Below are positions 50,203 to 62,721 of a stretch of 64,000 nt of DNA, in pieces. This stretch comes from Cenococcum geophilum (taxonomy: Eukaryota). The notes beneath the pieces were generated by a model. It did not search any database. It saw only the letters and a list, made by a program, of their open reading frames with translations, and was not told where the DNA came from. The DNA lies in NCBI GenBank assembly GCA_050273025.1, contig CP158635.1, positions 10,106,001 through 10,170,000 on the forward strand. The letters are read 5' to 3'. Position 1 is the stretch's first letter. Each line of letters opens with the position of its first letter. The position numbers were made by a program, and so were the translations under genes.

Positions 50203-51213
50203 GGTTCTTGCTAGATTGATGGGTATGGTTGACATTGAAGTTGAACGGTGTTGGGGATCGGACTGGACATGAATGTAATCGATGTGAAGAAATGGGAAGT
50301 GTATGCTGCGCATTCATGAAGTTCTCCGGGCTTTAGTGTGTCGTATGGCTACTGTGGTTCTACTCTTGGGATTAAATAGTTCTAAGATTTGGTTCCCGCG
50401 CATTTGAGATACACTAAACCATTATTAAATTAGGCAAAGAAACTCTGCACTATTCAAACTCAATTTTTAGAGTTCATCAGCCCTATTAAGAGCATTTTTA
50501 GAGCTCATCTGAGACTTATTTCGGATTTCCGGTGGAGTCTCGCAATAAATTTTCAGCCTTCGTGTTTCCATTATCAGCTTGTCATGCTGAAGTGTTCTCA
50601 TTTCGGATGCCCAGCCCATCCCAGCCACAGCCTGCGAACGCCGCACTAAACGTCAACGGCATATCGGTAGGGCTGAAGTACCGACCACAAACACCGTCCA
50701 CTAAATGTGCCAAGATGTATGTGTGCGATACGAGTACGAGTACGAATGCAAAGTACCGTTCTAGGGAAAACAGATTGCAGAACTTACTTCTTGGGGTTAT
50801 CGTACACCTCTACAACACTATACTCTAATCGAACTTTGTCTTACTAGATCTTCGGTATTTCATGGAAAAGCAGAACATGGAGGCGTGTAAATAGCCCACC
50901 CCTAGGCCAACAGATCTTCCTAGCCCCGCCGGGTAGGCCAATATTTTCACTTTCAATCTTCTGCAGCGATAGTCGCCTGAGATAATCGATACATATATTC
51001 AACGGTTGAAAGATATGAATAGATGGGTCCCATCAAAGGGAAAAGGATTGAGAACAGATGTTCGTACCCAGCAAATTTTTCTTCCGAATCATGCAATAGA
51101 TTTTATAAATGGATATTTCATTCAAGGCTTAGCTGCTAAGAATACGTTCAGTTCATCTTGTTCAGTGAGTAACATTAGTGGTGAAGAAGCATGACGTAAT
51201 AGCCACCCAGACG

Positions 51214-51326
51214 ACAAGCTACCCAAACGAGTCGCCCAATCAAAATACACCAAATTAATAGTAGGAGAGTTATAGTTAGTTAAAGTTAGTGTATTTTAAT
51301 TGGGTGGCTCACGTAGGTAGCTGTCT
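51214..51326. repeat. Degenerate inverted repeat (old MITE)
   Basis: GACAAGCTACCC..GAGTCGCCCAATCAAAATACAC versus reverse complement GACAGCTACCTAC..GAGCCACCCAATTAAAATACAC. Confidence 0.6.
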
Positions 51327-51417
51327 TACATGTGCTGGTTTATGACTCATCCCGTGTTTGCTCAAACGATCAATGCCAAATCAGTCATAAAAATAAGTCT
51401 ACAAGCGGCTTAGGATA

Positions 51418-51539
51418 CCTATCCCTTAACCCGCTGGGGTGCAATGCCAAGCTGCACCGTGCACGAACACCGTACAGCTCGGTACGGTGTTCGTGCACGG
51501 TGCAGCTTGGCATTGCACCCCAGCGGGTTAAGGGATAGG
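51418..51539. repeat. Perfect palindrome (58-bp arms, 6-nt loop); piggyBac-like TTAA-CCC...GGG-TTAA core
   Basis: 51418-51475 is the exact reverse complement of 51482-51539; loop AGCTCG; TTAA at 51426-51429 and 51528-51531. Confidence 0.92.
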
Positions 51540-51591
51540 ACGGATTCTATCATCTTCGCCAAATCACTCACAACCTCGGTTGTAAATACAA

Positions 51592-51861
51592 TACAGTCTG
51601 ACAGGCTCCAGTACCCCCCCCTTATATGCGCGCGCAACACACAACAATTTCGCTTCATACGCACTAGAGAATTTCAAGTTTAACTCTTGCAATTAAGCTT
51701 AAAAAATTAAAGGCTTTGCCTTTCTTGCGCGTGCACAGCTCTTTTGGCAAGCGCACAGTATCTACGCTGGATGGTGCGCTTGACTAGTGATTACCGAAAT
51801 TGCTGTGTGTGTTGCGCGCACACAGGGGGGGGACACTGGAGCCTGTAAGATACAGACTGTA
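51592..51861. mobile_element. MITE with about 55-bp TIRs
   Basis: TACAGTCTG..ACAGGCTCCAGT.CCCCCCC..TGCGCGCAACACACA.CAATTTCG matched in inverted form at 51793-51861. Confidence 0.75.
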
Positions 51862-52015
51862 CACCACCTCTTTACATCTCGTTGTAAGTGCCTATTGATC
51901 TTGGTGGCTAAACTATCTATTTTAGGCATAATTCTATACAGAAAGGGTATAAATCCGCGCTGTTTGATAGGCACGATCGGCACGCACTTACAACGAGATG
52001 CGCCGAGGTGGTGTA
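51860..52015. mobile_element. TA-flanked Tc1/mariner-type MITE (CACCA termini)
   Basis: TA-CACCACCTC....CATCTCGTTGTAAGTG ... CACTTACAACGAGATG....GAGGTGGTG-TA; second partial copy at 43180-43279. Confidence 0.82.
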
Positions 52016-52238
52016 GAGATGATTCGGCTGCTCCTTTGCCTCATTCCCCGTATTAACGCGTATCGGAACTTGGCGTTGCCGACGCCATGGCAATCTCCAC
52101 GTAAATAATGCCGCATCTCACTGGGCGCTCCAGGCATCACTTTTTCGCTTTTCGACATGTCAGCTCTTACATCTTTTGGGTGATGGCCGTTGCGCTTGTA
52201 GAACCCCGACTACTATTCAAGTGCAAAAACTTTACGCG

Positions 52239-55200
52239 ATGGCCAGCTTCCGTAAAGGAAAAAAACCGACGCCTTCCGCACCACTAGAAAGCCGTGATGC
52301 ATCTAAAATGGACGCCAAAACTGCAAAGGTGACTAAGAAGGAAAAGGGCGGTGATACGGACGTAAAAAAGAGAGACGATGGCAAAGACAACAAGGAGAAG
52401 GCCAGCTTGAAAAACTTCTTCGTAAGGGGCGCCAATCCATTTGGGAGTGTCGATTCTGTGCTGAAACTTGAGGGTGCAATTAGAGAGTACTCTCCTATGC
52501 AACCCCTCTAGATTGGGTACTCATGGGTGCTTGTCTGATCACTTCGATCGGTGCTGGAATTGTAAGTGCTTCGAGCTACTTCTCGAGGGTGTTGGTGGCG
52601 GCTAATAAAACGGTAATGCATAGGCCATGCCACTCATGAACATCGTTTTTGGTGGGTATACAATCTCCGCCGTGAAATATCTGTGCTAAGCTATTATAGG
52701 GAATCTCGTCGGGCATCTCACTGGGTATTTTATTCCCAATACGACTGTCACAAAGGCCGAATTTCAAGCTGAAGTGAACCGGAACGCGTTAGTTGATCTC
52801 TCTTATCCAGCTCGCCACAAGCAGTTCATACCGATGAATCTTGCTTGCTGTATGCTTTGTGCGAATGCCTAGAAGCCATCACAGTCTTTCCTCTGGCAAG
52901 TATTCTCAAGTCAGATTGTGACCCTGGGAAGCATTCTGTATATTTGATGATGCTCCGGATTCCTTAGAAGGCATTTGGGTGGCCATATCCTATTTTCCTA
53001 TATCATTGAGCCCTAGTTTCATTTACCCAAAGACTCTCTTACAAATACCGGCATACTCAGGTATAGAATGCTAAGTTTATCTTCAGGCTCTACATCGTGT
53101 ACCTTTTTATTGGAAAATTTGTGCTTTCATACATTTCAATGGTATGTAAGGCAATCATTTGAAATGCTTGCTGTACTAGTACTAAACAATCTAGCTTACT
53201 GTTAGGATAAGCGGGCTGCGGATTTCTGCTACGCTCCGTCTAGCTTACCTTCGAGCTCTTTTCGTTCAGCCAGTCGGCACTATCGATACGATATCTCCGG
53301 GAAAGGTCTCTACTCGGATCACAACTTCATCTAACACTATACAACTGGCTATATCTCAACAGTTGGCGATGCTGGTACAAGCCTTTGCATTCACCGGTGG
53401 ATTATATGTCGTGGCCTTCATTTACAACTGGTTACTCACCTTCGTTGCTAGTGCCTCGCTCCCATTTATTCTCATTGCATACGGTGTGATAGTTCCTGTT
53501 TATATCAAGATTCACAAGGAGACCGAGCACGCCCAAGAACAGGCTTCAGCCCTTGCATTTGAGATATTCTCGTCGATTCGAGTGGTCGTGGCTTTTGGGG
53601 CGGAAGAACGACTGTCCGAGCAACACAATGGCTGGTTAATGCGAGCAAAGCGCACAGAGCTGAAGAATGGCCCTCTCATGGGACTCATGATGTCTCCCTC
53701 ATTCTTTGCCATGTATGGTACGTTCGGGCTTACATTCTGGTTTGGGATCCGGCAGTATACAAGAGGTCATATACACAGTATAAATACAATTGTAATGTGG
53801 GTATTTAGTCCTCCCTCCTTAATCATTTGCCTTCTGTATCAATCGAAGTCAATAGGCTAACATTGTTAGCGTTCTCTTCTCTGTTATGATGGCAGTTATG
53901 AGTATTGGTCGACTTACTTCTCCCATTATCGCAATTTCGAAAGCCTCATCAGCAGCAACCGAGTTGTTCACAACAATTGACGCCGAAGTTCCCGATACAA
54001 CAGGCTTCAAGGATCCAGATATCTCTGCGACCGCCGACATTGATCTAGAGGAGGTCTCATTCTTTTACCCAGGTCGACCTGATGTCCAAATCCTAGACCG
54101 CCTCAATTTACACTTCGAAGCTGGCAAGGTGACTGCAATAGTGGGGCCTTCGGGGTCTGGGAAAAGTACCATAGTCGCCCTTCTTGAGCGATGGTACGAT
54201 CTTTCAGGCACACCGTCGAAGACACCTAGCGACGGGGATATAAAACCTTCAGCAGAGGATGATATCCAGCCCGCGGGAAACCAAAGCACTCCCGAAGATG
54301 GGAGTGCGCAAGTCAATGTTGATAAAAAGGAGCAAAATCTTCTAGAGAAATGTAGCGGGGCGGTCAAAGTTGGCGGTGTGGACCTCCGAAAAGTTGATCT
54401 GAAGTGGTGGCGATCCCAAATAGGACTCGTCCAACAAGAGCCTTTTCTATTCAACGACACGATCTACAACAATGTTGCATACGGGCTCTGCGGTACAAAA
54501 TGGCAAGACGCAACTAAAGAAGAAAAAATGGAATTGGTCATAGACGCGTGTAAGGAAGCGTATGCGGACGAATTTATCACGAAATTACCCCTTGTAAGTG
54601 CTCACAACGTTCATCTTTCTTCCACCTATCAAAAGTCTTCCAATTATATCTGACAACATTATTCTTCATACCCGATTCGTTACCCTTTCATCCCAGCCGC
54701 AACTCCGATCTTAACATAACTGACTCGTTCAGGGCTACGACACATTTGTGGGAGAGAGCGGTATCAAAATGTCAGGGGGTCAGCGTCAGCGCATAGCCAT
54801 TGCGCGTAGCATCATCAAGAAGCCGCCAATACTCATTCTAGATGAGGCCACCAGCGCAATTGATGTCCGTACTGAGCGCATTGTACAAGAGGCTCTCGAT
54901 CGCGTCTCGAAAAATAGGACTACTATTGTGATTGCGCATCGCTTGTCTACAATTAAGCGAGCAGATAAGATTATTGTTCTTCGGCAAGGCAAACTTGTGG
55001 AGGAAGGTAGCCACGAGCAGCTTCTCACCAACGAAGGTGGCGTCTACTGTGGCCTTGTTAATGCGCAAGAACTATCAATGTTCAAAGAAGAGGAGCAGGA
55101 CGATGGCATTTCACTCAAGCCGACTAAAACAAACGCCACGGAGCATTCAGAAGTAACCCAATATGGTCCCTCCAGAGTTACCCCCGACGTTGATGAAGAG

Positions 55201-57581
55201 ACTGAATACAAGCATCACGGCATTGTGAGGAGCTTTGGGCGCCTTCTCTATGAGCAAAGGTCGCGGTGGATATCCTATAGCTTGACTGTATTTGGTGCTA
55301 TGGGTGCCGGAGGTAATTCCTTATTTCTATTCTTATTGATCTACGCTTATGACCTGTAGCTGTATATCCACTCCAAGCATATATCTTCGCCAATATCACC
55401 GAAGTTTTCACGTATACTGGACCGAGACTGGTCAGCCGAGGTAATTTCTGGTCCGGGATGTTCGGTATTCAGGCTGTTGGGGTTGGAATTGCATACTTTG
55501 TTCTCGGATGGGCTTCATATACCATTTCCGTCGTAAGTAAATTGCAATCCAAACATGTCCATCGCACTAACTCCCTGCAGGCTGTCTCGACCCACTATCG
55601 GCAGGAATACCTCAATAATTTGGTCCGAAAGCGCATATCCTTCTTTGATGTAGAAGGCCACTCTGCAGGATCTCTTACATCGAGATTAAGCGGTGACCCA
55701 ACTCAACTACAGCAGCTTATGGGTACCGAGATGTCAATGGCTTTGATCTCAGTTTTTAATTTGCTCGGTTCGATCGCAATATCTTTTGCCTTTGGATGGA
55801 AGCTCTCACTTGTTGGCCTGTTCTCGGTACTTCCAATCATCCTAACTGCTGGATATCTTAGAGTCAGTCTCGAAATGAAATTCGAAAAGATGAATGCTGC
55901 CGTATTTGAAGATAGCTCTCAATTTGCTACTGAGGCTGTTGGAGCCTTCCGTACAGTCATGTCACTAATAATGGAGGATACAATCGGCGATCGTTATCAG
56001 AAGTTACTCACGGGTCATGTATCGAAAGCCTTCGGCCAGGCGAAGTTTTCCACGGTAGTATTTGCTGGATCGGACAGCATTGAATTGGCTTGCATGGCCT
56101 TGTGTTTCTGGTGAGTTCTCGCCTGTATACTCAAGGTTTCTTTGAACTAAGTCTCGACCAGGTATGGTGGCACATTGCTTGCATCACGTGAGTATGGTTT
56201 ACTGCAGTTTTTCATCATCTACATGGCCGTGGTTCAGGTTTGTTCTTGTGATCGAATACCTGCTCATATTATACTAACAATTCCGTAGGGTAGTCAAGCA
56301 GCTGGAATGTGGTTCTCATTTGCTCCCAGTAAGAGCATTCTTTAGGCCCAAAATTTTTTTGCAGCCAATACTGAATTAAGTAGACATGGCAGAAGCTACT
56401 GGTGCCGCAAACCGTATCCTCAGTATGCGCCCTTCAAAAACAAAAGAAGAGCGTGACCCAGAGGAGTTCAAGACTTCCAAGGATGGTGTTGGAGTAGAGT
56501 TACGGAACGTCTACTTCACATACAAAAGCCGTGAAGTTCCTGTGATCACTAATTTGAACCTGAAGGTAAGCTGTGTGGTCTAGTATATGGAACATCACTC
56601 ACTCTGCTTGTAGGTCGAGCCGGGCCAGTTTGCTGCTCTCGTCGGTGCTTCTGGTAAGATTCTCCATATGCTAGACATCCCCCACGGCGCCCGTCTGACA
56701 TGTTATTCAACAAAAGGTTGCGGTAAATCTACGATCATCAGTCTTCTTGAAAGGTATTAGTTTTCCCACCGTGGCCCGTGTGCTTTGATGTGTGGCTAAC
56801 TCTGACACAGATTCTATGATCCCGATTCAGGAAGTATTATCTGTGGCGACCAAGACATTTCCAACGTGGACATCAAGAAATACCGTCAAGCCATAAGCCT
56901 TGTTGCGCAAGAGCCGACTCTATATGAAGGTATACCCCTTCCACCGGGGGAGGTTCTGGATATGTTAAACTACTGCTCACTAACCTTTTAAAGGCACCAT
57001 CCGAGAGAACATAGCCCTTTCCGTAGACGTCGCTAGTGCTACTGATCAAGCAGTCGAGCAAGCCTGCACTGATGCCCAAATTCACGAATTCATCGTCTCA
57101 CTGCCGGATGGCTATTCTACCCAGTTGGGACCAAAAGGCATGTCTCTCAGTGGTGGCCAGAAGCAGCGTATTGCCCTAGCCCGCGCGCTTCTACGCCGCC
57201 CGAGACTCTTGTTACTAGACGAAGCTACATCGAGTCTGGATTCGGAATCCGAAAAGCAGGTTCAGGCAGCCATCGAACGGGCGGCTGAAAATGGTGGAAG
57301 GACGATTCTTGCTGTCGCACATGTAAGTTTGTTGCTCGCTCTCTTGAATGCCAACCACGTTACGATGGTTAATTCCTTCATAGCGTCTCGCCACCATTCA
57401 GAAAGCAGACGTTATCTTCGTGCTGGGTGGTGGCAGAGTTCTTGAAAAGGGTGATCATCAGAACTTGCTGAAGAAGAAGGGTGTATACTATCAAATGGTT
57501 AGTAAAGTCTCAAAATATCACCTGTGTCTGTAGTTGGCTAACATATCTGCCCAGTGTCAAGCACAAGCTTTAGACCGGTAG
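52239..57581 (+). CDS. Full-length ABCB (MDR/P-glycoprotein-like) multidrug transporter, many exons
   Basis: TMD-NBD-TMD-NBD. NBD1: [39 protein letters not shown]2: [33 protein letters not shown]. Ends CQAQALDR*. Confidence 0.94.
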
Positions 57582-58728
57582 CATTATTGGAGTATTTACA
57601 TTGAGTGGTATGCAATAAATATATTTTTCGGCTCTCGCACCTCATGGCAAAACCCATCTCAGTCTAGACTTTCGTTTTAATTGGCTTTCTTGTACTATAT
57701 CACCTCTCTTCTTTATAAATGAAATATTCCATCCACAGCATGTATGACGCTCCTTCTCAATCGAATTTATAATCATCAAGTAGGTAAGAGCGTAGTATAG
57801 TGCACCTAGCGAAAATTTGGAAATCGATGGTGTATGTGATGGTTTTGTACCCAGCCCTAGAATAACTAGTTTCCAAGACGTAGGTCATGGCTTAGCAGAG
57901 TCTCTTGGCGCTATAGCAAGGTCTTGTACCACACGCGCCTTATGTTTCGACCGTGCGTTGAAAAGGAGGTTGACGAATACAAAATCACGAGCAGATTTTT
58001 GGCAGTGAAACGACAAAGGCAGGCTACCCTATTGCCTACCACCCTATTACTCGCCCCCCCTTTTGTTGCCTGCACCTACCTCATGTATATATAGTAGATC
58101 AATCCACGGTTCCTGACCTGGTATTTCCGGTCAACAGCATCTACCAGACGCATCAAACGAGGCAGCTGCTGCGACCGTGAGCAGAGTTGGGAATAAGCAA
58201 GCAAGCCAAGCTGAACAGGCTCAGCTTGCTGGCTTGCAATTTTTGATACCATAAGCTTGGTTGCTTGAGAAGGTGTGGCACTGCCTAGCCTACCGTAACG
58301 CCGTGCCTACCTTTAACCCTCGAAAACCCCACGATTGGATCACTCAAACTAAGCCCATCCAGTATAGACAGAGCATGGCATGATCCTAGTGAAAACGGAA
58401 TCAACTTGAATTCAACATCAGTGGAGAGTCTTGAGTCAGAAGTCGATATCCTAAACAATAAACAGCGTCTCTCCTACGGTTGCCCATACCTAGTAGTAAT
58501 TCGACCAAGTATCGACCAAGGAAAAATATCCAATCCAAGTCTATCCAAACGCCCAGTCACCACATAAGCCTTGTGCATCCCAGGTGGTCCCATACGCCAC
58601 GAAAACGAACCATGCAGCCCCGATATCCAGAGGTCTGAAGATAAAATCTTCCGACCAAACGAAACACCGAAATTGAAAAGATAAATTAGCGATATCACCC
58701 ATTTGTACAATCCAGTGGAACCGTATAG

Positions 58729-61306
58729 TCAAAAGCCGCCCTCTTCCTGCTCCCCATCCTTCTGCACATCTAAACCCCTCAGCCTCCTCGCTAGTAATCC
58801 AGCGCCAGGCGCAGCGGGTCCACAAAACGCGTTGCCACCGTATCCGACATCGCCTCTGTTGAGCTTATCATACGTTTCCACGCTCGCACCGCCAAGACTA
58901 CCAGTATCAAGACTAGAAGTATTCCTTTTCACACCAGTCATGGGCGACGTATGACTCTCCAGAGAGGTTGAAGTCGCGGCGGTGTTTGTGCGTGAGCGGA
59001 AAGGGCTCTCAGGATCCAAATCCATCGGGTCTCTGCTCACAGGTCTAGAGTCAACAGCTGCCAGACGAGTAATGCCGAACGGAATGGGGCCTATAGAGGG
59101 CGTCGGGCTTCCATATCCGCCACCGCCCGTGAATTGGTAAGCGGGTGCAGGCAGCGGTGGATGTCCTCCGATCCCATCAACTCGATCGTAAGTGTGGTGG
59201 GCGAGCGAAAATCCAGCACTGCGTCGTCTGAACGCCTTCTCTGCGGTCAATTGTGCCGCAGAGGAGGATGTGGCGTGCTGTGCAGAGGTATCGCGCGTGG
59301 GTTTGTAAGCGCTGTAGCGAGGTTCTGGGAGTTGAATCTCGTTGCGCAGTTTCTCCTTCCCGTCTGGGACTCGATTGGCGAAAACAACTCGAATGCCTTT
59401 GTACAGAAAATACCGCCCCTTGGATGGACAGCAAATATGCAAATGGATTAAATAACGCAATATTGGGCGATCGTTCGGGTCGTCCGAATTACTCAGCGCA
59501 GCTTCCGGTCTATCCGTACCAAAGTTTTTTCGTGAGGATAACGGCATGTCGATGATGGGACCAGCTGAGTAACTGCGTTGGCGTATGAACGTTTTCTGCC
59601 CTGCTTCCATGTCGGAGAGATCGTAAGGGACGAGGAAAAGCTTTACTGCTGTCTTGTTGGGGTTCTTAATAACGATCTGCAGCTGGCCCTGTTGTGGAAT
59701 GCGGTAACTACCACCTGGAGGCGCTTTAGGTGATGTGGATCTTCGCTTCATTTTTTCTCTCTTGCGAAGGTCGGCTTTGGAGTGGAGTTCTGACGCGTCA
59801 TTCCGCGGGCTTGGTTGAAAGTCCAAATCATCATGATCCGAATTTTGGACTGTATGCCGGCGTCGTCGCCGGGCGCCTTCTCCGCTTTCGTCCGGCGGCG
59901 ATAGGGAATTTTCGATATCAATGAGGCCGACATAAGGACTAGGGGAATCATCTGCTATGCGACCATTACCACTATTGTAGCTATAGAAAACCGCAGGAAA
60001 TGGCACGGTCACATGTGGAGGACAACGCAGATTAGCTTTGCATTGCCCTTTCCCAAGAACTCCTATCTGTGCAACAAAGTTCAGGGGCCGTGAGGGGGTA
60101 GTAGACATCCTTCCCCTTAAGATAGATTCTTCGTAGGAACCGACCATAGGTGCATGTTGTAAGGGTGAGGCGTCTGAGGAAATCGAAGGCCTGCGTGGCT
60201 GTAGAAGTGGAGTTTGAGGAGTAGAGTTCGGATGTATTTGGTTGATCGAGGTCAAGGAACGTCGCGGTTGATGTGCCTGGTACGGAAAGATCCCCTCTTT
60301 GCGGAACGAGGATACATAGACTCCTGTGGGTGCTCTAGTAGTAGATCGTTCTATTGGAGAAGACCTAAAAGTTTGAAATGATCTCGGTGAAAAAGTGTGC
60401 CGTCTGTTGTATCTTTCGGGACTCCTTGAAGATTGCCTTGACCTTGGTCTAGACGAGAAATCGAGATCGGTATTGTTCGACTGCTGTACTAATGGGCTTG
60501 TCGGTGGCATTAACACAAACGACGAAGACAGCGACGAATGAGATGTTGCTCTCGACCTGACAACAGGCCGGCTGTTGACTGGATCTCTAAAAGAGAATTG
60601 AGATTCACTCCTGGTTGAGCCAAATGCTGCTGGTTGAAAAGCATGATGCCACGGAGCCACGGGCGATGTGGCCAAAGGAACGATGTTTGTGCCATCTTCA
60701 TATTTAGCATTGTCCTTCTCTTGCCTAAAATCACCAGAGTGTAAAGCCGACTTTGGTCGTTCGATTTCTGATCCAGCAGATGCATTATCATACAGGGGAT
60801 CCGGTGTTGATTTGCGAGAATCCTTGAGTTCTGCTGCTGGTAACAGAGGCGTAGCAGGTCTCTCTCCAATTATTGTCGATGGCTCCCGGGTGTCTTCAGC
60901 ATATTTTCCATTCTACGACACCTCATTAGGATCTGGCTTTCCCGATCTCGGAAAGTCCTCCACAGCCCACCCAACTAGAAAAATATCTATACAATCATTG
61001 GGCAGGAAAATTTTAGGCATAACTTACATTCTGATGCGGAGGCCACGACGGGCTCTTTCCTCTTTTTATTCTCTCAATCAACTCCACCCTGCTCAACATA
61101 GCCGCTCTCCCGTCATTGAGAGTAGTAGCGACCACATCAGAACGAGACATGGTGCCCATAGCATTTTCAGAGTGCAATCTTCCTAGCAGTGCATCTCCAG
61201 AAGCTGGATCGGTATACCGTGGTCGCTGTGACTCCTCGTTATTGGGATTATCAAGCCGAGAAGGCGATTTTCGGAGGCCATCGTAATGATCATGGAATAT
61301 GGGCAT
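58729..61306 (-). CDS. DUF4210 / Atos (FAM214)-like protein (exons 61306-61028 and 60912-58729)
   Basis: IERPKSALHSGDF, VGSYEESILRGRMS, F.AQIGVLG..CPPHV..PFPAVFY, YRIP..GQLQIVIKNPNKTAVKLFLVPYDL, LRYLIHL. The phase-0 intron ends at CCTAAT...TAG. Confidence 0.88.
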
Positions 61307-61986
61307 TATGAAGACCGCGATTCCTGAAAGGTCGCATGAATTCGAGTTTTTCGAGAGAGTGGCGAGCTCCAAATGAGCGGAGGTAGCAGTGGCGAGGTAG
61401 CTCGGCGGGGATGAGGTATACTTTGTATCAAGCCAGCGGTTAGAGCACTGTATGGCACCGACACTTCTGTATGAGTAAGAGTACTGTAAGAGCTGGAAGT
61501 ACACATTACTGTGCTGGCTCCACTTACAGATCAGGAGTTTTGAATTTCAGGCGGGTAGGAGAATTTAGCTGAGACAGGAGGACAGCGTCCCTCGCAAAGA
61601 CTCTCGTAAGGTGCAGGTCCCAATGACGACAAGGGACAAAGGCTGGGCATGTCACGCTGATGGCTGCAGCTTCAGCCGTTTTGTATCTGCTGGCGTGTAG
61701 AGGTCACACGATACGCCAAATGCACTTGTTGCACTTTCTTTATTGCGTGCCCGCTCTCTAGCCCGAATAGACGCGCATAATTGTGCAAGAGTGGCATAAT
61801 ATTGTCGAGCGTGCGCTGGCTCTTTCTCCGTGGCAGCGTCCACCTTGGTCCCTCGCGCCTGGCCATGATGTGACTCCTCCGCACAAGCCTGTGCTGCCGA
61901 TCATGGTCCACCTCAAAGAATTTCACCAACCACCCCGAATGCACGCCGAGAACAACCCACTCCGGCCGCCTCCGCAATTAGCTACA

Positions 61987-62721
61987 ATGGCAACCAAACG
62001 CCCGCGAGACGATGACGAAAGCAAGTCTTCGAAAAAATATAGGAAGGGCTTCTCTGTTGGGCCTGCCAATTTGCCTGATGGCACTCACAAGCGGAAAGGT
62101 GTGATACCACCATAAGCAGCTTTTTTCGGGCCCAGACAACCACCCTGCATGTCAGCGGGAGCTTGCACCGTTTGTTGATTCGGCATTGCCAATACTGATA
62201 AGTTTGCAGTTCAAAAGATAAAGAAGGATCTGATCCACAAAGCGAAGATTAGGAAGGAATATGCGAAGCTCAAAGCGCGAGAGTTACCCGCCGAGCCACA
62301 GCATTCTGTCTATGAGCGATACGATGAAAAACCTGACGCCGACAATGGCACTGCAAAGCCTACTTCAGAACCAACTTTAAAACTTCATCCAGATCGCCAA
62401 GTCCTTCTCGACGGACCGTCTCCCGAACCCGAACAAGCCCCAGAGCGAGCAAATCCCCACAAACCTAGAAAGCGACTACGGCCACAACCATTCAATCATG
62501 AGGCTGAGCTAGCGCAAAAACGGCGAGAGGAGGCGGAAGCACGTCAGAAGGCACGAGAAGAAACCGAGAATGAACGGCAGCGGAGGGTAGCGGAGAGAGA
62601 GCGTTTTCGAAAAGCGATGACGAAGGCTCGAACAGGCGGACGAAACGGTCAGAGGAAGCTGGGACGAGAGAGCAAAGTGTTGCTGGAGAAGGTCAAGAGA
62701 CTGGTCGGAGATGGAGGTTAG
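61987..62721 (+). CDS. rRNA-processing protein FYV7-like (intron about 62099-62209)
   Basis: KGFSVGPANLPDGTHKRK|VQKIKKDLIHKAKIRKEYAK; C-terminal GQRKLGRESKVLLEKVK. Confidence 0.8.

Noticed and set aside
51332..51683. ORFs sharing LSLNPLGCNAKLHRARTPY on both strands
   Set aside because: Artefact of the perfect palindrome.
60913..60915. In-frame stop in the DUF4210 gene suggesting a pseudogene
   Set aside because: The TAG serves as the intron acceptor after a CCTAAT branch site, giving an intact frame.
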